From Minisyncoccota bacterium (GTDB lineage Bacteria; Patescibacteriota; Minisyncoccia; Phycocordibacterales; UBA5272): a stretch of DNA of 53,178 nt. Under the pieces are notes generated by a model, which was given only the letters and a program-made list of their open reading frames with translations, was not told where the DNA came from and searched no databases. The stretch covers positions 23,039 to 76,216 of the forward strand of contig JAGOQU010000004.1 of NCBI GenBank assembly GCA_018063165.1. The letters run 5' to 3'. Numbering within the stretch: position 1 is the stretch's first letter; each line of letters opens with the position of its first letter. Of the stretch, positions 8,304-17,873 are shown piece after piece. The translations under genes and the position numbers were made by a program.

Positions 8304-8558
8304 TTACTTACAAACCCTTAGTGTTGATAATTTCATACGATTAATCGTCAATCTCTTTAATGATCTAAGTTCTTCAAAAGAATTCTCTAATATACGTAAA
8401 TATATCTTATCATTTTTTGATAACGGTTTCTCTTCTTGTCTAAGAAGAAACTCTTGGCGTGTCATACTGATTTTAATCATTACCCCTTCTACTGAAGTAA
8501 GCATTTCATAACACATATCTCTCGATAAAATCATACCAACCCTTTTAATAAACAACAA
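8304..8558 (-). CDS. hypothetical small protein (weak call)
   Basis: 84-aa ORF co-oriented upstream of dinJ. No RBS or family recognised. Confidence 0.3.
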   Translation of the reverse strand: MLFIKRVGMILSRDMCYEMLTSVEGVMIKISMTRQEFLLRQEEKPLSKNDKIYLRILENSFEELRSLKRLTINRMKLSTLRVCK

Positions 8559-8600
8559 ATATCAAAAATACTACACCTTGATATCCTTTGTGTCAAAAAA

Positions 8601-10409
8601 TTATTCTTGCATAATAGAATATTTTTGACGTTTGTTTGTACTTATAAACCCTACAACATCTGAAGGAAAAGCTTTTTTAGTAATTTCACTAGCATCTAAA
8701 AAATATACAAAATCAAGTTCTCTTTCAGGAGAATCAAACTCTGCTACAAATTTTTCAATAATTGAACTCGGAGGAACCATAACTTTTCCAGTGACTACAG
8801 GTTTAGGGAAAGTAACACCTCTACTTTTACTTGTTTTTAAATATGCATCATACACAAGCTCTGAACAATAAATCTCATTTTTTGTACCTAAATCAAATGC
8901 ATAATCATACGGTTTTTCGTAATGACTAAATGCTGTAACAATAGCTTCAATTATTTCTTGTTTTGACAATCTAGTTCTTGTGACAGCAAAATAATCAACA
9001 GAAGCAGACGTTTCTATAGATTGTATAAGTGTTCCATGTGTTTGACTTTCTACAACAGAAGGAGTAAAACCTTTTTTATCTTTATTAAGATAAGCCTTAT
9101 ACACTTTCGGTCTTTCATTTTGAACAAGTTCACTAAAAGAAGCGTGCCCCTGATACGGAAACACATCAGCAAAAAACACATTCATTTCTTCTAAAGTGCC
9201 AGTATAAAGACCTGCATGTGTCCAAAAACCAGGTATACCTAAATTACTTGCATACCAGTTTTTTCTATACAACAATATATCTCCTGGCTTCAGAGTCTTT
9301 TTCATTTCTTCTATTTGAGAAATGGTAATGAATTTTTCTACTCTTTCACCCACATGAATATTACCAATTTGATTGGTGATAACATTTTTTTGTATTGGCA
9401 ACCATGCTTCAAACGCTGTTTTATCAAAATAATGTTTATACAAAATAGCACCATATTTAACATGAGAAAAAATATTTTTAAAAAGGTTATGGTAACTTGT
9501 GCGAGATACTTCAAGAAGCATCGCATAATTAGCAGAAGACACTTCATCCTCGTTAGGTGCACTCATAACATAATAGATATATCCAATATTTCTTCTTAAA
9601 AAAGAATTCGACGCAAAAAATCTATTAGCAACATCATCATAAATACTTCCAACACCAATATCTTCACTATATTCATTAAAAACTTTTATTACAGCTTGAT
9701 TATTATTAACTTTTGAAATAATCTTATCAAAAATTTCAAACTTTTTTGCATATAGAGCATATGCTATAACAAAAGATTTAATATGAGTTTCTCTGTTATC
9801 AAACATAGAAATTTGGGGGAAATATCTATGTCTATCTGTCATTTTTTCTGTCTCAATAGAAATTTTAATAAACTGTTCCCATTCTTTTTTAAGATGAATC
9901 ATATCTTCTTGAGATAATTCATTTTTTGTTATATTTGGATTTTCCAGAAGTTTATTTCCTGAAATAACTAACATATCAAGAAGCACAGCTGAATTTTCAA
10001 TATCTCCTGAAACAATCTCGGTTTGCTTATTGTTATCCATAGACGAAAAAATTTCTTTATCTGTTGGTATAATACTAATAACTGTGTACCAAAGACTCAC
10101 ACATAGTAAAATAAAAACTATTAATGTTTTATGTAAGCGTGTAAAATGACTAGTCTTTTTTGTTATCTGGTCTACCTTTTTTGTTGAAACATATACAAAA
10201 AATAATTTTTTACCTTGTCTATACGCTATATACACAAAAAGAAAGGCGAGAGGTATGTGTAATGGATCTATTACTTTAGTAACATAAATAGCAAGTGAAA
10301 CAATAAGACTAAAAATAATAGAAACCACCGTAAGAAATACTCCTATTTTTGTTTTTATAAAAGGTGTTTTTTGCATTAATTTCATAATACTATATAGTAT
10401 TACATGCAT
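8601..10409 (-). CDS. membrane protein with C-terminal permuted papain-like (YiiX / peptidase C92-type) domain
   Basis: N-terminal TM helices. C-terminal PGDILLYRKN...FWTHAGLYTG followed by IYCSELVYDAY, a His-before-Cys order typical of YiiX-type NlpC/P60 relatives. The track start 10475 runs through the rpsL terminator hairpin, so an internal Met (10409, 10385 or 10376) is more likely. Confidence 0.75.
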   Translation of the reverse strand: MHVILYSIMKLMQKTPFIKTKIGVFLTVVSIIFSLIVSLAIYVTKVIDPLHIPLAFLFVYIAYRQGKKLFFVYVSTKKVDQITKKTSHFTRLHKTLIVFILLCVSLWYTVISIIPTDKEIFSSMDNNKQTEIVSGDIENSAVLLDMLVISGNKLLENPNITKNELSQEDMIHLKKEWEQFIKISIETEKMTDRHRYFPQISMFDNRETHIKSFVIAYALYAKKFEIFDKIISKVNNNQAVIKVFNEYSEDIGVGSIYDDVANRFFASNSFLRRNIGYIYYVMSAPNEDEVSSANYAMLLEVSRTSYHNLFKNIFSHVKYGAILYKHYFDKTAFEAWLPIQKNVITNQIGNIHVGERVEKFITISQIEEMKKTLKPGDILLYRKNWYASNLGIPGFWTHAGLYTGTLEEMNVFFADVFPYQGHASFSELVQNERPKVYKAYLNKDKKGFTPSVVESQTHGTLIQSIETSASVDYFAVTRTRLSKQEIIEAIVTAFSHYEKPYDYAFDLGTKNEIYCSELVYDAYLKTSKSRGVTFPKPVVTGKVMVPPSSIIEKFVAEFDSPERELDFVYFLDASEITKKAFPSDVVGFISTNKRQKYSIMQE

Positions 10410-10427
10410 AGAACAACTTGAACATAG

Positions 10428-10469
10428 TATAAGAAAAGACGGAATCTTACGATTCCGTCTTTTCTTATA
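10428..10469 (-). terminator. terminator after rpsL (19-bp perfect stem)
   Basis: TATAAGAAAAGACGGAATC-ttac-GATTCCGTCTTTTCTTATA, 12 nt after the rpsL stop. Confidence 0.8.
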
Positions 10470-10480
10470 ATACACGATAA

Positions 10481-10921
10481 CTATTTCTTCTTTGCTGGAG
10501 CTGCTGCTCCTGCCTTTGGGCGCTTAGCTCCGTAGAGTGAACGAGCCTGACGACGCTTATCTACTGAAGTAGCATCTAATCTTCCACGAACAATATGATA
10601 ACGAACACCGGCAAGATCCTTTACACGACCACCACGAAGAATAACCACTGAGTGTTCCTGAAGCTTGTGTCCTTCACCTGGAATATATGCAGTTACTTCC
10701 ATACCATTAGTAAGACGTACACGAGCAATTTTACGAAGCGCTGAGTTTGGCTTCTTTGGAGTTGTAGTAGTAACTTTTATACATACACCACGCTTAAATG
10801 GTGAATCATAAAAGTTAGGTTTGTTTTGAATAGCATTAAAACCACGTGTCATAGCTATAGAACGTGACTTCTTTACTATTGTGGAACGAGACTTCTTAAC
10901 GAGTTGATTAATTGTTGGCAT
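10481..10921 (-). CDS. rpsL: 30S ribosomal protein S12
   Basis: 146 aa. PTINQL...[59 protein letters not shown]. It has an extra ~10-aa N-proximal segment and an Ala/Lys tail. Confidence 0.97.
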   Translation of the reverse strand: MPTINQLVKKSRSTIVKKSRSIAMTRGFNAIQNKPNFYDSPFKRGVCIKVTTTTPKKPNSALRKIARVRLTNGMEVTAYIPGEGHKLQEHSVVILRGGRVKDLAGVRYHIVRGRLDATSVDKRRQARSLYGAKRPKAGAAAPAKKK

Positions 10922-10942
10922 AAAAACTTAAATAGTAGTGCA

Positions 10943-10971
10943 ATCTTACCAGATATATAGCTTTTTTGCAA
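10943..10971 (-). promoter_or_regulatory. candidate sigma70-type promoter for rpsL
   Basis: On the minus strand, TTGCAA-17 nt-TAAGAT ends 21 nt upstream of the rpsL ATG. Sequence match only. Confidence 0.3.
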
Positions 10972-11025
10972 GTAAAACAGCAATAATATACTTCAGTATC
11001 TATAAAAAGCTATTATATAAGAGTT

Positions 11026-11649
11026 TTATCTTGCTCTTACTTTCTTTAATGCAACAATAGCATTATTACGTAAATCATAAATAACCGCTGTATCTTCATA
11101 CATAACAACATAATCACCTATTTTTACATTTTCATAAAAAACATTTTGTCTTTTGAGTCTTTCTGGGTCTTCTACTCGCACAATAGCAAGAGGCTGAACA
11201 TTAGGTAACGGTGTTAATTTTTTAATTCTATCAATTATTTCTGACTGTGAAACAACTACATTATTTTCTGTTGCGTGATTTACATACACATAAAAACCAT
11301 ATAAACAAACAAGAACCAAAGAAAATGCTATAGATAATTTCACAAGAACATGAAAATGTTTAGAGAGTAAAATATTTTTTAAAACCATTTTACTTTGACG
11401 TTTCAAAGAAACTTTTGATACTTCCACTGTTTTAGTGGTGGCTTGTATATGTGTGTGATGTGTTACAGGAACATCTTTTTCTTTAGTTTCTTTAACTTCT
11501 TTTTCTGTAACACTTTTTTTTGTATCTATTTTAGGAGACGCTTTTTTAACACCATCAGTTTTTTTAACACGAGGTTTTTTTACAGCAACTTTTTCTTCAT
11601 CTATAGGAGTTTCTTTTTTTTGTTTCACGATACAGTAAGTATACTTCAT
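11026..11649 (-). CDS. hypothetical membrane-anchored protein (Lys-rich N-terminus, one TM, C-terminal globular domain)
   Basis: 207-aa ORF with a single hydrophobic helix (FHVLVKLSIAFSLVLVCLYGFYVYV). No family recognised. Confidence 0.6.
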   Translation of the reverse strand: MKYTYCIVKQKKETPIDEEKVAVKKPRVKKTDGVKKASPKIDTKKSVTEKEVKETKEKDVPVTHHTHIQATTKTVEVSKVSLKRQSKMVLKNILLSKHFHVLVKLSIAFSLVLVCLYGFYVYVNHATENNVVVSQSEIIDRIKKLTPLPNVQPLAIVRVEDPERLKRQNVFYENVKIGDYVVMYEDTAVIYDLRNNAIVALKKVRAR

Positions 11650-11694
11650 AGAAACAATTATCTACACCGTTACATGTGGACAATGTGAAAGAAA

Positions 11695-12330
11695 TTAAAG
11701 AAATAACAACATAGAAACAAAACCAAAAACTGGAGGCATAAGTATGCCATATATAACAGAAGCGCCTATAATTGCACCCACCATGTAGAGAGGGTTATAT
11801 ATTATATTAGAACGAATATGCATTTTTGGAAAAAGAGACTGTATAATAGCCATTCCATCAAACGGTGGTATAGGAATTAAATTAAAAAATGCGAGTGAAA
11901 CGTTGATTTTAATAATCGTAAAAAGTGCAGACCCTACAGAATTCGTAAGATCTCCTGTAGCAACAAGCACTTTAAAAACAATTCCTGCCAGAAGTGCAAA
12001 AAATAGATTGGTTAATACACCTGCTGCAGCAACAAATGCCTGTCCTATTTTTGTTTGTATATTGTATGCGTTGTACGGAACTGGTTTTGCCCAACCAAAA
12101 AACGTACCAGCGCTAAGGAACGCAAATAACGGTACAATCACAGAACCGATAATGTCAATGTGAGGAAGAGGGTTAAGTGTCAAACGACCAGCTCTATTTG
12201 CTGTTTCGTCACCTTGTATATACGCAGCGTATCCATGAGCTATTTCATGTAAAATAATTGAATATGTAATGATAATAAATGGAAATATTCCTTGTGTAAT
12301 GGTTAAAGCTTCATTCATATGAAACAGCAT
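11695..12330 (-). CDS. site-2 protease family (peptidase M50) zinc metalloprotease
   Basis: The HEIAHG (HExxH) motif sits in the first TM region, followed by NPLPHID and multiple TM helices. Confidence 0.85.
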   Translation of the reverse strand: MLFHMNEALTITQGIFPFIIITYSIILHEIAHGYAAYIQGDETANRAGRLTLNPLPHIDIIGSVIVPLFAFLSAGTFFGWAKPVPYNAYNIQTKIGQAFVAAAGVLTNLFFALLAGIVFKVLVATGDLTNSVGSALFTIIKINVSLAFFNLIPIPPFDGMAIIQSLFPKMHIRSNIIYNPLYMVGAIIGASVIYGILMPPVFGFVSMLLFL

Positions 12331-12459
12331 ACCATATATAGGATATGACTATCTAGATCATGAAACAAATATTTTCAATTAGTCATGAAACCTCTCCGTG
12401 AAAAGGATCTTGCAAGAAAGCTCTAAACATGATAGTATAGTACAACTAACTAGAAATCT

Positions 12460-12663
12460 ATGGCAAACATCTGTCCACTCTGCGAAAAAGGTTCAAAAGT
12501 CGTTGGAAAATATTCTAACTCTGTTCGTGCTACAAAATTTAACCCAAGTGGTGACCGTCGTGTATACCCAAATCTCCAATGGGCACGTATCCCTAATGGT
12601 CCACGTGTAAAGATCTGCACAGGATGTATGAAGAAAGGATTACACCTACAAATCAAACTATAA
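12460..12663 (+). CDS. rpmB: 50S ribosomal protein L28
   Basis: 67 aa. MANICPLCEKGSKVVGKYSNSVRATKF.F.PNLQ...I....RVKICTGCMKKG is the L28 pattern. Confidence 0.9.
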   Translation: MANICPLCEKGSKVVGKYSNSVRATKFNPSGDRRVYPNLQWARIPNGPRVKICTGCMKKGLHLQIKL

Positions 12664-12703
12664 TAAGCAGCAAATAGCCTTTAGCTAGTAACTCTTAGCA
12701 AAT

Positions 12704-12731
12704 GAAAACGGAATCTTACGATTCCGCTTTT
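12704..12731 (+). terminator. terminator after rpmB
   Basis: CGGAATC-ttac-GATTCCG core with A/T extensions. The 18-nt core is identical to the rpsL terminator core. Confidence 0.65.
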
Positions 12732-12767
12732 CTTTTACCTACACATACATTACTTAGTCCATATTTA

Positions 12768-14051
12768 ATGTTACACTTAATAGTAGTGTTCGTTTTAAAT
12801 ATAAACTTTTACAATTATTTTATGTTTTTTCAATATTTCCACCTAATAGAAACTATTTTTGATGCAGTTATTCCATTTTTATTTTTATACTTCTTATTTG
12901 CAAGTATTTTCTTTACTTACAAATTCTTTACCACTAAAAATGAATTAAAGACTTACTGCCAAAGAAAAATGATACACGGCATACTTTTTCTATTAGCCGT
13001 TGTGTTGCTGTGGGGTATTTCTGGGTTAATAGGTGGGTTTATAGGTGTCAGCCAAAGTGGTTCTACTCCTGACGCATATCCGATATCAGGGTCAGCTGGC
13101 TCTGATTATTCCATAAATTCTAACTCATACAAGAGTTTTAGTGTACCTAGTTTTAATTATAATCAGCAATACAATTACGGTAATAAAGAAAACATCTCAG
13201 ACACACGAAACTTTATTAAAAAGACATTCTCAGCAAAACTAAAAACAAGAGATGTGGAGAGTGTCGCAAGTAAGGTAGAGAATCTTATTGACAATAAAGA
13301 CGGACGCATAGATTCTTCAAATATTTCAAAGGACTACGCTAGCTTTTCTTTTGTAATCCCAAAAAGTGAATTAAGCGACTTCAAAGATGAATTAAAGACC
13401 TTCACAAGAGCAAAACTCTATACACAAACGACATCTTCACAAAATCTTCTTGGAGAAAAGAAGAATCTTGAAAGAAATCAAGATGAAGTAAATAATACAA
13501 AAACTTCTTTTGAAGAACAAAAGAAGCAACTAGAAATAGATTATACAAAGAGTTCATCTTTACTTAACGCATCAATAGGAGCAAAGAACACACAATTAAA
13601 GACTACAAATGCCGCTCTTATAAAAAAGGAAAATCAGATCGATACAGCAACCGACACCATTCTTATTTCTGAATTCGCTTCACAAGCACAAGTACTTCGA
13701 CAAAGTAAAACCTCTCTCACAAATGAGCTTCAATCTCTAAATTCACAACTCGCAAATCTAACTTCTAATTACACCACTCAAATTAATAACATTAATGTAA
13801 ACATCGGCCAACAGGTAAACACATTGACGAATCTTAGTGTTCAAACAGAAAATTTCTTAGATAAAGTTGAAACAGTCGAAGGGTATGTAACGGTGGAGTA
13901 TGTTACCTATATACAACTCTTTGACATCTACTCTCCTATACCGCTTTCTGGTATTATTATTGTGATAGTACTAGTATTTATGCTCTCTCGTATTTATTTC
14001 ACATTTAGTAGTTATAGAGCATTAGTGAAGTCTTCAGAATCTGTGGCATAG
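12768..14051 (+). CDS. membrane protein with extracellular coiled-coil region (possibly DUF4349-like)
   Basis: ORF track 12702..14051, but its first 10 codons overlap the rpmB terminator, so Met at 12768 or later is preferred. N-terminal TM helices, a long Q/N/T-rich heptad region and a C-terminal TM. Family assignment is tentative. Confidence 0.6.
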   Translation: MLHLIVVFVLNINFYNYFMFFQYFHLIETIFDAVIPFLFLYFLFASIFFTYKFFTTKNELKTYCQRKMIHGILFLLAVVLLWGISGLIGGFIGVSQSGSTPDAYPISGSAGSDYSINSNSYKSFSVPSFNYNQQYNYGNKENISDTRNFIKKTFSAKLKTRDVESVASKVENLIDNKDGRIDSSNISKDYASFSFVIPKSELSDFKDELKTFTRAKLYTQTTSSQNLLGEKKNLERNQDEVNNTKTSFEEQKKQLEIDYTKSSSLLNASIGAKNTQLKTTNAALIKKENQIDTATDTILISEFASQAQVLRQSKTSLTNELQSLNSQLANLTSNYTTQINNINVNIGQQVNTLTNLSVQTENFLDKVETVEGYVTVEYVTYIQLFDIYSPIPLSGIIIVIVLVFMLSRIYFTFSSYRALVKSSESVA

Positions 14052-14065
14052 TATAAGTTATAACT

Positions 14066-14096
14066 AAAAAATCCACACAATATGTGTGGATTTTTT
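14066..14096. terminator. bidirectional terminator
   Basis: AAAAATCCACACA-ata-TGTGTGGATTTTT lies between convergent genes. Confidence 0.75.
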
Positions 14097-14175
14097 ATTT
14101 ACATAAGCATAATTATAATGCAAATAATTTGCATATACTATTTTGTAACATAATTTATATACAAGTGCTTACAAA

Positions 14176-15084
14176 TTACTTTTCTGTATCTAATATAATT
14201 GTTTTTCCGTCAGTAACAAACGTAATAGTACCTCTATCTATTGTAGAAATAATTTCTTTTGAAAATTTTTTTATTCTCTCTACTGTTTCGTTGTGTGGGT
14301 GACCATAGCTATTATCTCTACCGGCACTTATAACTACGTATTCAGGTTTGATATAACTCAGCAATGTTTCACCGCTACTATACTTACTTCCATGATGTCC
14401 TGCTTTGTAAACAGTAACAGGTTCTGGAATCTTTTGTAAAAATAATTCTGACTCCTTATATGTAGATAAGTCACCTGTTAACAAAAAGGAATGATCACCG
14501 TATACCACTACAACACTAACCGATACATCGTTGGTATCTTTTACTATTGAGCCAGCTGATGATGTTAGAGGATACACAACGTACGCTATAACACCATCAT
14601 GAAAATTAATTTCATCGCCACCTTTTGCAACATGAACAGATGAACCTTCTTTAAGAATGTGCTGATCCAAATCTCGTGAGATACTCGTCTCACCAGTTAA
14701 GGGTGAGGTTATGATTGTTCCCACAAAATATTTTTCTAGTACAGGTATGAGTCCGGTTATATGGTCTGCATCTGGATGTGTTGCAACAAGCACATCTATA
14801 TCTTTGTCGAAGTAAAACATTTTATCTGAAATTTTTGACATAACACTATTTGAGACGCCTCCATCTATGAGCATTTGTTTTCCACTTGGTGTTTGTATTA
14901 ATATTGCATCACCTTGTCCAACATCTAAGAATGATACCCGTAATTTTTGAGGTAAAAGGTATAATGTAAACAGATACATAAAACATAATATACACATAAG
15001 TATACAAAAAATGATACTTACTTTTCCGTAATTGTGGAAAAATAATGAAATCTTTTTTCTGTATTTTTTTACAATATCTTTCAT
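14176..15084 (-). CDS. ComEC/Rec2-type metallo-beta-lactamase domain protein (stand-alone, TM-anchored)
   Basis: FLDVGQGDAILIQ, THPDADHITG, AGHHGSKYSS and VISAGRDNSYGHPH match the C-terminal MBL domain of ComEC. An N-terminal TM helix is present. Confidence 0.85.
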   Translation of the reverse strand: MKDIVKKYRKKISLFFHNYGKVSIIFCILMCILCFMYLFTLYLLPQKLRVSFLDVGQGDAILIQTPSGKQMLIDGGVSNSVMSKISDKMFYFDKDIDVLVATHPDADHITGLIPVLEKYFVGTIITSPLTGETSISRDLDQHILKEGSSVHVAKGGDEINFHDGVIAYVVYPLTSSAGSIVKDTNDVSVSVVVVYGDHSFLLTGDLSTYKESELFLQKIPEPVTVYKAGHHGSKYSSGETLLSYIKPEYVVISAGRDNSYGHPHNETVERIKKFSKEIISTIDRGTITFVTDGKTIILDTEK

Positions 15085-15183
15085 GTCTTAATAATATCAT
15101 TTCATATATTTTTATAGTACACATTTATTTAATCAATAAAGAAAATTATTACTTGGACTTCATCTACTGTATACTATACTTTC

Positions 15184-15756
15184 ATGGACCTACACATACT
15201 CATAACTTCATTTTCATATCTTGCTATTTTTATTCTGATGATAACTAACGGTGCTTTTAATCTACCTTCATCACAATTTTTATATCTTATTTGTGGTTAC
15301 TTTATAAGTACAGGTAATCTACTTTTTATACCAACACTCATAGCTGGCGCAACAGGTAATACTTTAGGAAACATACTCACGTTTCTTCTTGTTAAAAAAT
15401 ACAAAAAAGGATTTGCTAGAAAAATTTTAATGATGGATGAAGTTACATTTGATAAATTACACAAAGCTCTACATGATACATTTTTAGAAAAAGGTATGTG
15501 GTATATTTTCTTTGGAAAAATTACACCTTCAATAAAAGCATTCATTCCAATTCTTGCAGGACTCTCAAATACAAATACAAAAATTACATCGTTTATTTTT
15601 TTAATAACATCAAGCATATGGGCTGTGCTTATACTTTCTCTTGGTTATTTTTTTGGAGAGCAATTTAGTCTACAATCTTTTGCAGGCGTTTCATTACTTG
15701 TTGGACTAACTATTAGTTATATAGTCTACAAAAAAATTTCTAAAAAACTGGCTTAA
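15184..15756 (+). CDS. DedA/SNARE-associated family membrane protein
   Basis: 190 aa with multiple TM helices. The pattern ...LPSSQFLYLICGYF...AGATGNTLGNILTFLLVKKYKKGF is DedA-like. Confidence 0.8.
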   Translation: MDLHILITSFSYLAIFILMITNGAFNLPSSQFLYLICGYFISTGNLLFIPTLIAGATGNTLGNILTFLLVKKYKKGFARKILMMDEVTFDKLHKALHDTFLEKGMWYIFFGKITPSIKAFIPILAGLSNTNTKITSFIFLITSSIWAVLILSLGYFFGEQFSLQSFAGVSLLVGLTISYIVYKKISKKLA

Positions 15757-17327
15757 TAAGAAATTACCCCCTGAGACATTGGAAGTTCTTTTGTTACTGA
15801 CGTTTCATCCTTGCATGAAACAGATATATATTTCACACTCAAAACCATACAAAGATACATTAAGCTAACTCCGAAGAATGAAATATGAACATGTACGTTT
15901 GAATATGGTAGACGTTCTATGACTTCTGCTATATACACAATACCTGAAAGTAATACGGTATCTAAAAAACCAAATAAAAAAGTAAGAGTACTAGATAGAT
16001 ATGAAAAAAGTACGACCAATAATGAAAATAACATTCCAAGAGGAACTAAAGGTACCACAAGAATATTTGCTATAAGTGCGTACACCGAGACAGATCCAAA
16101 TGTATACATAACATACGGAAGCGTACTACTGTATGCAGAAAAACTTATTATGAAAAGTTCTTGAAAAAATTTTGGCATACTATTAAAACGTGTACGTTGC
16201 AAAAAATGCATAAGCGGATCACTCATATATACAATACCCGCAGTAGCCAAAAAAGAAAGATGCAGAGAAACGTCGTGCAAAAGAATTTCTGGATTATGTA
16301 TAACACTTAAAAACAACGATATGATGAGTGCCTGTTTCGCAACATATACTCTGTTACTTATCATAGCGAGAAGTGAAATAAAAGCCATGAGTGTTGCACG
16401 CATAACACTAGGAGAAGCACCAACCATACACACAAAAATAAAAATAGAAAAACCTGAAACAAAAATACGTATACCTCTAGGAAAAAAGGAGAGTAATGTC
16501 ATTATGAAACTAATAATGATAACAATATTAAAACCAGAAAGAACTACGATATGTGAAAGTCCTGCGACTCGAAATGTATCAGACATTTCTTTGGGAAAAG
16601 ATGAGGAACCGAAAAGCATACCTGATGCAAGTAACGACGCAGGACTATCTACATACATAGTTACACGTCTAACAAGATCATCTTTCCATCTCATAAGCAT
16701 ATGAGTAACCGTGTGAGGAACTTGATCTGTGACTTCAATCTTAGGATATAACATTTTACTTCCAACATGTTTGGTGTGCATGTAAGACACGTATTCAAAA
16801 TGTTTACCATTATATTTTGTATCAAGATGAGGGTATATATTTTGAACTGGTAAAACTTTACCATACAGAGTAAGTGTGTCTCCTACCCTATAAGCAGGGT
16901 ATAACGTCGTTGTAATTTCTACATCATAAAAATATTCATCTGATGATATATTTCTCACTTTAAAAATTTGATATTGATTCTTTGCTTCAATTGAAGAAAT
17001 AATTGTTGCATTATATTCACATACATCATGACATACAAAAACATTTTTTTCTGCTATAAATTGAGTTCTAAGAATTCCTAAAAAAATACCAAAAGAAATA
17101 AGTATGGTGATGAGCGGTATTCTATACAAAGAGGCGGCGCTTACAGCGCCGCCTCTTTGTATAGAATACCACTCTCCTCTTTTTCCAAAAAAATACAGAA
17201 TCACCTGAACAACACCAAGCGCAAAAAACATAACAGCTATCTCGCTTGCATACACAAGACTATCACCACACACAATACCCATCATAAAACTTACAACAAA
17301 TATCAATGTTTGATTATGAGTAGTCAT
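15753..17327 (-). CDS. comEC: ComEC/Rec2 competence channel protein (N-terminal TM plus OB-fold plus competence domain; lacks the MBL domain)
   Basis: 524 aa. FRVAGLSHIVVLSGFNI and MRATLMAFISLLA are competence-domain signatures, with many TM helices. It overlaps the dedA-like stop by 4 nt, convergently. Confidence 0.85.
   Translation of the reverse strand: MTTHNQTLIFVVSFMMGIVCGDSLVYASEIAVMFFALGVVQVILYFFGKRGEWYSIQRGGAVSAASLYRIPLITILISFGIFLGILRTQFIAEKNVFVCHDVCEYNATIISSIEAKNQYQIFKVRNISSDEYFYDVEITTTLYPAYRVGDTLTLYGKVLPVQNIYPHLDTKYNGKHFEYVSYMHTKHVGSKMLYPKIEVTDQVPHTVTHMLMRWKDDLVRRVTMYVDSPASLLASGMLFGSSSFPKEMSDTFRVAGLSHIVVLSGFNIVIIISFIMTLLSFFPRGIRIFVSGFSIFIFVCMVGASPSVMRATLMAFISLLAMISNRVYVAKQALIISLFLSVIHNPEILLHDVSLHLSFLATAGIVYMSDPLMHFLQRTRFNSMPKFFQELFIISFSAYSSTLPYVMYTFGSVSVYALIANILVVPLVPLGMLFSLLVVLFSYLSSTLTFLFGFLDTVLLSGIVYIAEVIERLPYSNVHVHISFFGVSLMYLCMVLSVKYISVSCKDETSVTKELPMSQGVISY
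17116..17170. repeat. 55-nt perfect palindrome (26-bp arms, TAC loop) inside the comEC coding sequence
   Basis: GGTATTCTATACAAAGAGGCGGCGCT-tac-AGCGCCGCCTCTTTGTATAGAATACC has a GC-rich core like this genome's terminators. It is translated in frame as ..EWYSIQRGGAVSAASLYRIP.. Confidence 0.9.
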
Positions 17328-17347
17328 ACCTACTTATAAAATAATGA

Positions 17348-17845
17348 CTACGCGAGCACTGTGTAGTCTTTTTTTGACCCTCTATATAATTGCAAATTAC
17401 TTGCATTATCAGCACACATAGTTGCTATGGTATCTGCTCGTTCATTCATAACAATACCAACATGTGCAGGTACATATTTCCATACAATTTTTACTCCACC
17501 TTTCTTTAATCTATCTTCTTCTTCCTTAAGAGCTACCCACAAATCTTTATTGAGTACTGGTTTTTTCGTTGATCCTATCCATCCTTTTTTTATCCATCCA
17601 TCTATCCATTCTGTCATGCCTTTTTTTACATACTGACTGTCTGTACAGACTTCAATGTCTTCTACGCCAACCCCAACTTCTTTTAATCCAAAAAGCGCAC
17701 CAGAAAGTTCCATTCTATTATTGGTAGTAAGATCTTCTCTACCACCCAATTCTATAACTTCTTCTTCTGTCATAATAACAGCAGCCCAACCACCAGGACC
17801 AGGATTACCCCTACTTGAACCATCTGTATATATTGTAATTTTCAT
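17348..17845 (-). CDS. rnhA: ribonuclease HI
   Basis: MKITIYTDGSSRGNPGPGGWAAV...TNNRMEL....L......TDSQYV..G...W...W...GW.........N.DLW...........W..V.AH.G...NE.AD. The internal Met at 17845 is preferred over the track start 17947, which would overlap the yvcK 3' end. Confidence 0.9.
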   Translation of the reverse strand: MKITIYTDGSSRGNPGPGGWAAVIMTEEEVIELGGREDLTTNNRMELSGALFGLKEVGVGVEDIEVCTDSQYVKKGMTEWIDGWIKKGWIGSTKKPVLNKDLWVALKEEEDRLKKGGVKIVWKYVPAHVGIVMNERADTIATMCADNASNLQLYRGSKKDYTVLA

Positions 17846-17873
17846 ACCCTTTAGTATACACGAGCTTCTTTTT

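Noticed and set aside
7765-8511. 248-aa plus-strand ORF across the toxin-antitoxin region, and the many 60-130-aa ORFs antisense to recG, pyk, rny, comEC, tig, nusA and others.
   Set aside because: They are antisense shadows of well-supported genes, with Ser/Phe/Ile-rich low-complexity translations and no signals.
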